A stretch of 64,000 bases of DNA from an uncultured Acidobacteriota bacterium (GTDB lineage: Bacteria; Acidobacteriota; Vicinamibacteria; Vicinamibacterales; UBA2999): the NCBI GenBank assembly GCA_963841895.1, contig CAWJEO010000014.1:38303-102302 (forward strand), read 5' to 3'. The notes below the pieces were generated by a model. The model did no database searches and was not told the origin of the DNA. It saw nothing but the letters and a program-made list of their open reading frames with translations. This document shows, piece by piece, positions 55,943 to 64,000 of the stretch; positions within the stretch are counted from its first letter, which is position 1, and every line of letters begins with the position of its first letter. The position numbers were made by a program, and so were the translations under genes.

Positions 55943-57609
55943 CTAGGTTCTTTTCCAGTCGAACGTCGGCCTTCCCTCACGGCCGTAGACCGTGAGCGCG
56001 CCGCGCTCGCCGACGGCGTTGGGACGCTGGAAGATCCAGTTCTGCCACGCGGTGAGGCGGCCGAAGATCTTCGTCTCCATCGTCTCGGGGCCGGCGAAGC
56101 GGAGGTTGGCTTCCATTCCGGTCAACGCGTCGGGCGAGAATGCCGTGCGCTCTTCGATGGCGAGGCGGACTTCGTCCTCCCAGTCGATGTCGTCCGGCGC
56201 GAACGACACGAGGCCGGCGGCGAGCGCTTCCTCCGCGTCGAACGGCCCGTCGTGCGCGAGGACCTCGTCGACGTGACCTGGCTCTCCGAGGAAGCGCGTC
56301 TGCAGCCGGGTGAGGCCGGTGCTCATCGGGTACGACCCGCCGTTCATCACCGACAACTGGATCGTATTCGCTTCGTCCGGGTGCGCGAGCATGTACGAGC
56401 GATCCGCGGCGAGCGCGAGCTCGAACAGCGTCCCGGCGAAGGCGTTGCCGGGCTCGATCAGCGCGAAGAGGCTGCGGGCGGTGAGGTCGAGCCGCTTCAG
56501 CGTCCGCCGGATGTGGCCGATGATCTCGCGCACCAGCCAGTGATCGCGATGCGCGTCGAGCGTTCGATCGACATCGAGGACGGCCTGCGGATCGCCGGTT
56601 GCGCGCAGCAGAATCGTGCCGATCTCGGGCTCGTTCAGCCGCAACCGGAGGAGCGCATCGTCGAACTCGCGAAACGCCCGCAGGGCCCACGACTGATCGC
56701 CGGCCTGCTGGAACGCGTCCGGCGAGTCGGGCTGCGGACTGTCGGGGGCGCTGATCGTGAGCTCGCAGACCCGCTTCGCGCGATCGATCGAGCCGCGCAC
56801 GTATCGATACTGAATGGTGTCGCCGTCAATGGCCGGATTGAGCGGTGCCAGCGAAATCCCGGGACCGGTTGCGGGCCGATCGGATTCGGCCGCCATCGCA
56901 GTGCGCGCGTTCGGTCACGGCGCTCCTGAAACTGACGGCTCGGCACGACTTTGTCGACAAGCCGCCATTCGACGGCTCGCTTGCCCCGCACGCCTTCAGT
57001 CAGCGTGCTGAACGCATCGGCGAGATCGCGGCGCACCTTGCGCTTGTCGACGACGCGCGTGAGACCGCCGGTTCCCGGCAGCACGCCGAGGAGCGGCGTT
57101 TCCGGCAGTGCCACCGAGGCATTGCCATCGTCCACCAGGTAGATCTCATCGCAGGCGAGCGCGAGCTCGTAGCCACCGCCGGCGCAGATGCCGTTGAGCG
57201 CGGCCAGGAACTTGACGCCGCTCGATCGGCTCATGTCTTCCATCCCGATCCGCGTCTCGTTGGTGAACTTGCAGAAGTTCACCTTGAAGCCGTGGCTGGA
57301 CGAGCCGAGCATGAAGATGTTGGCGCCGGCGCAGAAGATGCGCGGCTTCAAGCTGGTGACGACGACGGCGTGGACCTCGGGATGCTCGAAGCGCAGCCGC
57401 TGCAGCGCGTCGGCAAGCTCGATGTCGACGCCGAGATCGTACGAGTTGAGCTTCAGCTTGTAGTCGGCGGGACGGAGGCCGGCATCCTCCTTGACGTCCA
57501 TGGCCAGCGTCGCCACCGCGCCGTCCACCGAGAGTTTCCAGTGCTTGTAGCGATCCGGCGAGGTTTCGAAGGACAACGAGGGCGCGGGCGTCTGGAGAGT
57601 GTGCTCCAC
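55943..57609 (-). CDS. boxC: benzoyl-CoA-dihydrodiol lyase (2,3-epoxybenzoyl-CoA dihydrolase); one frame break near 56890-56920
   Basis: N-terminal crotonase-like domain (VTSLKPRIFCAGANIFML; LNGICAGGGYELALACD) in 56635-57609 frame; C-terminal BoxC domain in 55943-56896 frame. Confidence 0.8.
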
Positions 57610-57626
57610 GCCGCGAGTCTACACCA

Positions 57627-57645
57627 GTTTAAACGAGCGTTCAAA
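57627..57645. promoter_or_regulatory. candidate TetR operator: inverted repeat TTTAAACG-AG-CGTTCAAA in the boxC/tetR divergent intergenic region
   Basis: 8-bp arms with one mismatch; TATAAA box at 57653-57658. Confidence 0.45.
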
Positions 57646-57666
57646 TCCGTGGTATAAACGCACGAG

Positions 57667-58278
57667 GTGGCAAAACCCGCAAACGGCGCCGATCGCCGCA
57701 TCGAGATTCTCAAGAGCGCTGCCGCCGCGTTCCGCCGCCGCGGCTATCACGGCGCGAGCGTCGACGAGATCGCCTCGGCGCTCGAGATGACGAAGGGGAA
57801 TCTCTATTACTACTTCGAGAACAAGGAAGAGATCCTCTACGCCTGCCACGATTACTCGCTCGACGTGCTGCTGGCGCTGATGGCGGAAGTGCAATCCGAA
57901 CCCTCGACGCCGCCGGACGAGAAGCTGCGCAAGCTGATTCTTGCGTTCATCCACACGATGCTGGACGAACTGCAGGGCACCGCGCTGACGCTCGACCTGC
58001 AGGCGCTGTCGCCGGCGCTCCTCAAGCGGATCATCGCCAAGCGCGATCGCTTCGACCGCGGCCTGCGCGAGATCATCCAGCAGGGCATCGATCAACAGCT
58101 GTTCCGCGCCGGCGACCCCAAGATGATTGGCTTTGCGATGATGGGCGCGGTCAACTGGATCACGAAGTGGTTCGATCCCGCTGGACCGATGTCGTCAGAA
58201 CAGATTGGCCAGCGGTTCGCCGATTACCTCGTCGGAGGACTGTTGAAGAGTTCTGCAGAACTAAGAACGAAGAACTAA
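57667..58278 (+). CDS. TetR/AcrR-family transcriptional regulator
   Basis: HTH GYHGASVDEIASALEMTKGNLYYYFENKEEIL; 203 aa intact; divergent from boxC. Confidence 0.85.
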   Translation: MAKPANGADRRIEILKSAAAAFRRRGYHGASVDEIASALEMTKGNLYYYFENKEEILYACHDYSLDVLLALMAEVQSEPSTPPDEKLRKLILAFIHTMLDELQGTALTLDLQALSPALLKRIIAKRDRFDRGLREIIQQGIDQQLFRAGDPKMIGFAMMGAVNWITKWFDPAGPMSSEQIGQRFADYLVGGLLKSSAELRTKN

Positions 58279-58298
58279 GGTCTTAGTTCTTGTTCGTC
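58256..58298. terminator. hairpin GAACTAAGAACGAAGAACTAAG-G-TCTTAGTTCTTGTTCG (same word family as 333-396), bidirectional between tetR and MBL hydrolase
   Basis: read directly; encodes the last codons of TetR (..AELRTKN-stop). Confidence 0.6.
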
Positions 58299-58305
58299 GC
58301 GATCG

Positions 58306-58997
58306 TCACTCCGCCGTCTCCCCGGGTTTCAGCTCCAGCACCTGAATGCCACTACCGTCGAGCGCGGACTTCAGCGCCTCGGGGGTGCCCGTCAGCAGCG
58401 GGAACGTGCCCCAGTGCATCGGCACGACCTGCTTGACGCCGAGCCAGCGCGCGGCCATCGCCGCCGTGTCTGGGCCCATCGTGAAACGATCGCCGATCGG
58501 CAGGAACGCGATGTCGGGCTTGTAGATCTCGCCCAGCAGCTTCATGTCGCCGAAGAGCGACGTGTCGCCCGCGAAGTACAGCGTCTGGCCGTTCTCGAGG
58601 CGGACGATGAAGCCCGCCGGCTCGCCCAGATAGACGATGCCGTTGTCGTCGAAGCTGCTGCTGTGGCAGGCGTCGGTCATCGTGATGCGCAGCCCCTTGG
58701 CGTCGATCGTCCCGCCTTTGTTCATCGGCTCGACATGCTGCACGCCCTTGGTGCCGAGCCACGACGTCACTTCCCAGATGCCGACGACGGTGGCATTGGT
58801 GGCCTTGGCCATCGCCGCGGCGTCGGTGATGTGGTCGCTGTGACCGTGCGAGACGAGGATCAGATCGGCGCGCGTCGGTCGTTTCGCCTCGGGAAAACTC
58901 GGATTTCCCGTGTACCACGGATCGAACAGGATCACCTTCCCGCCGGGGGTCACGAGGAAAAGGAAGAGTGGCCGAGCCAGGTAATCGAGAGAGACAT
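58306..58997 (-). CDS. MBL-fold metal-dependent hydrolase (UPF0173-like); one frame break near 58960
   Basis: LVSHGHSDHI motif; FDPWYTGNP; C-terminal GDRFTMGP; N-terminal MSLSITWLGHSSF in other frame. Confidence 0.7.
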
Positions 58998-59026
58998 TGG
59001 GGCAGTATAGCGACGGCGGACGGAGG

Positions 59027-59083
59027 AATCTGGTGATCGTGGCTGAGTCTGGTGATCTGGTGATCTGGTGATCGAGTGACGTC
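59027..59083. repeat. GGTGATCTG-family tandem-word array (AATCTGGTGATCGTGGCTGAGTCTGGTGATCTGGTGATCTGGTGATCGAG)
   Basis: read directly; left boundary of a 530-nt apparently non-coding region. Confidence 0.6.
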
Positions 59084-59610
59084 GTTGCCGTTCGTCTTCG
59101 CGGTGCTGTCGCCTGCGCGGCGGTGCGGTACGCACGCGGCAAAGATGCGCGGAGCTGCTGGGCTTCGTCGTAAAGACGCAGCCGACTGCGGCGACTGTCA
59201 CAGGCCGGCGCCGCGGATGTGCTCGAACCAGAAGACGGTCTCGTCTGCTTCCTCGTTGACCACGCCGATCTTGGCGAGCGAACTCTTCGAGTGAGCGGCC
59301 TCGCGCCGAGGCCCGATAGTTTGCCGCCGCCGCACTCGAAGATCGCTGTAGTTGATCGGCCGCCTTGCGCCGCCTGGTTTCCGCCGCAGGACACGCACAA
59401 TCGGAAGGCCTCGCTCGCAAAGCGCGCGGTGCGCTGCTCCAATTCGGGTCGATTCACAACCGGCATGGAGTGCACGTCTCGGATCCAGCGCAAAACCATC
59501 CGAGTTTCGACCGGAGCCGCCGCCAGGTACGCAATTGTCACGACTTGTCGCCGCAACGCGGTCCGCAGTTTTTGCGGCCTAGAGGGGAACATCCCGGCGA
59601 TCAGACTCGC

Positions 59611-59676
59611 GAGATCACCAGCATCGCCAGAACCAACATCACCACATCGCAACATCTCCACATCGCGACATCTCAG
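59611..59676. repeat. inverted partner array (GAGATCACCAGCATCGCCAGAACCAACATCACCACATCGCAACATCTCCACATCGCGACATC)
   Basis: read directly; right boundary of the non-coding region, just upstream of lipA. Confidence 0.55.
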
Positions 59677-59693
59677 GGTAGACTGCAAAGAGA

Positions 59694-60597
59694 GTGATCG
59701 AATCGCCTTTGACGTTCGTGCGGCCCCGGGAGCCGAAGCCCGAGTGGCTGAAGGTCCGCGCGCCGGGATCCGAGAACTATCTCCGGCTCCGCGGCATCAT
59801 GCGCGGGCTGAAGCTGAACACGGTCTGCGAGGACGCGCACTGCCCCAACATCGGCGAGTGCTGGCATCACGGGACCGCGACGTTCATGATCCTCGGCGAC
59901 ATCTGCACGCGCGCCTGCTCCTACTGCGCAGTCGCGCACGGACGGCCGACCGAGCTCGATCTCGACGAGCCGCGGCGCGTCGCCGAAGCGGTCAAGGCCA
60001 TGGGCCTGAAGTACGCCGTCGTCACATCGGTCGATCGCGACGATCAGGCCGACGGCGGCGCCGGAATCTTCGCCCAGACGATTCACGAGATTCGCGCGGT
60101 CATGCCGGACACGCGCGTCGAGGTGCTGATCCCCGATTTCAAGGGCGAGGCCGGGCCGCTGCAGACGGTCCTCGACGCGCGGCCGGATGTGCTCAACCAC
60201 AACACCGAGACGGTGCCGCGGCTGTATCGGATGGCGCGATCGGGCGGCAAGTACGCGCGGACGCTCGAACTGCTCGATCGGGCCAGGACCTACGCGCCGG
60301 CGATTCCGACCAAGACCGGCCTGATGGTCGGCCTCGGCGAGGAGCACGACGAGCTCGTGCAGGTGTTCCGCGATCTCCGCGGCGTTGGCGTCTCGATCCT
60401 GACCATCGGCCAGTACCTGCGCCCGTCGCCGGATCACGCGCCGATGACCCGCTATTACCACCCCGACGAGTTCGCGCGCGCTCAAGCGCGCGGCGATGGA
60501 CCTGGGCTTCGTGCACGTCGAGGCCGGCCCGCTCGTCCGCAGCTCCTACCACGCGCACGAACAGGCTGACGCCTACGACCTCGCACACGGCCGGTGA
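59694..60597 (+). CDS. lipA: lipoyl synthase; one frame break near 60480
   Basis: CEDAHCPNIGEC and CTRACSYCAV cluster motifs; C-terminal DLGFVHVEAGPLVRSSYHA in +1 frame, stop 60595-60597. Confidence 0.85.
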
Positions 60598-60648
60598 GAC
60601 GCGGTAGCGCCTCATCAGCCGCGGAGCGACCAATCGTCCTGGACACCC

Positions 60649-61975
<1,327 letters not shown>

Positions 61976-61992
<17 letters not shown>

Positions 61993-62437
61993 ACGTTCGT
62001 GCTATCGACGGCGGATTCAGTATCGCGACACCGATGCGTCGGGCATCGCGCACTTCACCATCTTCTTCCTGCTGTGCCGAGGAAGCCGAGCACGCGATGT
62101 GGCGCGAGCACGGTCTGAGCGTCGAGCCGCGCGAGACCGACATCGGCTGGCCGCGGCGTGTCGGCGTCGTTCGAGTTCCTGCGCCCGCTCAGGTTCGAAG
62201 ACGAAGTCGAGGTGCAGTTGCGCCTGATCGGGCGAACGTCCAAAACCCTGCCGCTATCAGGCCGTCATCGTCCACGACGGCAAAGTCGCGGCCGCAGGGA
62301 CGATGACAACGATCTGCGTCGAGAAGCGTCCGGGCCGGCCGCTCCGCGCGATTGCCATCCCGGCAGAAATCGCCGGACCGCTTCACAGTCGTCGCGCCGA
62401 TCGAGGTTCCCGGCCTCAGAGGGTCTCGATCCCCTGA
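61976..62437 (+). CDS. 4HBT/YbgC-type hotdog acyl-CoA thioesterase; heavily frame-disrupted
   Basis: RIQYRDTDASGIAHFTIFF ... SFEFLRPLRFEDEVEVQLRLIGRT ... AVIVHDGKVAAAGTMTTICV in three frames. Confidence 0.5.
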
Positions 62438-62466
62438 CCCCCGATCCCTGATCCCTGACCCCTACG
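62427..62466. repeat. GATCCC-word element (GATCCCCTGACCCCCGATCCCTGATCCCTGACCCC) between convergent genes
   Basis: read directly. Confidence 0.55.
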
Positions 62467-63778
62467 TGTAACGCAGGTTCGTGTGCGCGGGGAGGAAGAA
62501 GCGCGGGAGCAGCGAGTCGACCCGCAGCAGGCCCTCGCGGCTGAGCGACACCAGCTCGCGCGTCGCGGTCAGCAGGCGCTCGGCGGTCAGGCTGTCGAGC
62601 GGCGCGCGGAAGCGATCGAGCACGTCGACGCCGTACTTCTGCTCGAAATACTGCGGCCGGATCGCCCCGAGCTTCAACTGCAGGACGAACTCGCGGATCA
62701 GCCGCTCCTCGCTGGTCGGCTTGAGTCCCCGCGCCAGCGGCAGCACGCCCCGTGAAATGCTCTCGAGGTAGGGCCCGAACTGATCGAGGTTCTGCATGTG
62801 CACGCCGCTCATATGGCCGAACGACGCGACGCCGAGGCCGACCATGTCGGCGCCCTGCCACAGCCGATCGCGATAGACGAACTTCGTGCTCGGGTTCTTG
62901 ACGACAGCATACGCAGAGGCAACGGTGTAGCCGGCGCGCTCGAACGCCGCGAACGCCTCGTCGACCCAGCGGCGCTTGGTCGTCCAGTTCGCGACGTCGC
63001 CGCCCGAGACGGCTTCGCCCGATCGGAGCGACTTGCTGATCGTCGTGTTGAACGGCAGCTCCATCTGGTAGATGGTCACGCTGTCGGGCGCGAGCGCAAT
63101 CGTCTTCTCGACGGCCATCCGCCAGTTGTCGTCGGTCTCGCCCAGCATGCCGGCGATCAGGTCGATGTTGATCTGCGGGAAATTCAGCGACTCGGCAAAC
63201 GCGTAGGCGCGGCCGATTTCGGCCGAGCGATGGGCGCGGCCGTTGATCTCGAGAATGCGATCGTCGAAGTGCTCGACGCCAAGACTGAGGCGGGTGACGC
63301 CGATCTCACGGATCGCCGTCAGCTTCGCTTCGGTGAGCGTACCGGGCTCGCATTCGAACGTAATCTCCTCGGCATGCCGCCACGGGCTGACCGCATCCAT
63401 GCGCGACACGAGGCTTTGCAGCTGCCGCGTCGAGAGAAACGATGGCGTGCCGCCGCCGAAGTAGACGAAGTTGAGCGGCCGCCCGGCAACGGCCCGCTGC
63501 TCGTTGTACAGCTCCCACTCGCGTGCGAGCGTGTCGAGATACCCCTGCACCTCGGCCGCGTTCTTGTCGGTATAGACGCGGAAATAACAGAAGTGACACC
63601 GCTTCCGGCAGAACGGAATGTGCAGGTACAGGCCGAGCGGCACATCGGTCGGCGGCGCCGCCAATGCCGGCCGGACGTCGCGGTCCACGGCTTCCTGCGT
63701 CCACGTCGAGAACGGCGGATAGTTGGCGATGAAGTAGCTGCCGACCTCGGTGCGATCGTCGGCGGCACGAACTGGCAT
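62462..63778 (-). CDS. HemN/HemW-family radical-SAM protein (oxygen-independent coproporphyrinogen-III oxidase-like)
   Basis: CRKRCHFCYF radical-SAM CxxxCxxC; GGGTPS; 438 aa intact. Confidence 0.85.
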   Translation of the reverse strand: MPVRAADDRTEVGSYFIANYPPFSTWTQEAVDRDVRPALAAPPTDVPLGLYLHIPFCRKRCHFCYFRVYTDKNAAEVQGYLDTLAREWELYNEQRAVAGRPLNFVYFGGGTPSFLSTRQLQSLVSRMDAVSPWRHAEEITFECEPGTLTEAKLTAIREIGVTRLSLGVEHFDDRILEINGRAHRSAEIGRAYAFAESLNFPQINIDLIAGMLGETDDNWRMAVEKTIALAPDSVTIYQMELPFNTTISKSLRSGEAVSGGDVANWTTKRRWVDEAFAAFERAGYTVASAYAVVKNPSTKFVYRDRLWQGADMVGLGVASFGHMSGVHMQNLDQFGPYLESISRGVLPLARGLKPTSEERLIREFVLQLKLGAIRPQYFEQKYGVDVLDRFRAPLDSLTAERLLTATRELVSLSREGLLRVDSLLPRFFLPAHTNLRYT

Positions 63779-63804
63779 GCGGTCTGGTCTCCGGCGCTCC
63801 GTGC

Positions 63805-64000
63805 TATCGCGCGTCGGTGCGCGTGGGGTCAGCGAGCAGCCGCTTGATCAGCGGCTCGAGCGCCTCTCTTGTCATCTTACCCGGGTTGTAGAGCCGCACG
63901 CGGCCGGCGCGATCGAGCAGGACGAGGGTCGGCGTCGTGCTCACGCCGTAGCGGACGTGATTGGCCTCGCTGATCGGGATCGGCTGGCCGGCGAACTCCG
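63805..64000 (-). CDS. thioredoxin-fold (redoxin/TlpA-like) protein, C-terminal part only (runs off window end)
   Basis: ..EFAGQPIPISEANHVRYGVSTTPTLVLLDRAGRVRLYNPGKMTREALEPLIKRLL. Confidence 0.4.

Noticed and set aside
53801-56929. 1042-aa ORF on the plus strand
   Set aside because: Lies antisense to boxB/boxC, has Arg/Ala/Gly-rich composition and no recognisable family; a typical GC-rich shadow ORF.
57635-57660. tRNA-like T-loop motif GTTCAAATCC
   Set aside because: No acceptor or anticodon stems can be formed around it. It is better explained as half of the TetR operator palindrome.

Overview
This is a high-GC (~68%) bacterial chromosomal segment. The gene content (many Hanks-type Ser/Thr kinases with PD40/TPR sensors, secreted peptidases and MBL-fold hydrolases, a sigma-54 system, ECF sigma/anti-sigma) points to an Acidobacteria-like soil organism; that placement is inference. 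I support about 56 protein-coding genes and found no rRNA, tRNA or CRISPR.

The genes I recognise with confidence are ggt, psuG, a BtpA/SgcQ-family TIM-barrel gene, a TPP-dependent enzyme, mntH (Nramp), lipA, a HemN-like radical-SAM protein, boxB and boxC of the aerobic benzoyl-CoA pathway with a divergent TetR regulator, an enoyl-CoA hydratase, a 7Fe-type ferredoxin, and IclR, ECF-sigma and sigma-54 regulators.

Four things stand out:
- A plus-strand copper/cupredoxin locus (45.3-53.3 kb): an outer-membrane barrel, a cupredoxin (CxxHxxM), a sensor kinase, a sigma-54 response regulator, a CuA-type cupredoxin, a cytochrome-c-like lipoprotein, a second barrel and two small tandem cupredoxin lipoproteins. 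A candidate sigma-54 promoter and two palindromic upstream activator sites sit in front of the downstream operon.
- A family of intergenic palindromic elements built from tandem 6-8 nt words (GGGATCA/GGAACTYAGGAAC, GGTGATCTG, GAACGAAGAACTAAGAAC, GTCGTGAATCGTGAACGG and others). Most lie at gene 3' ends or between convergent genes, and they recur at several loci.
- A tandem duplication of a secreted MBL-fold hydrolase.
- Very dense frame disruptions. More than 25 genes need one or more indels to restore an obviously homologous reading frame. This is most likely an indel-rich assembly, though mass pseudogenisation cannot be excluded, so most gene boundaries below are approximate.
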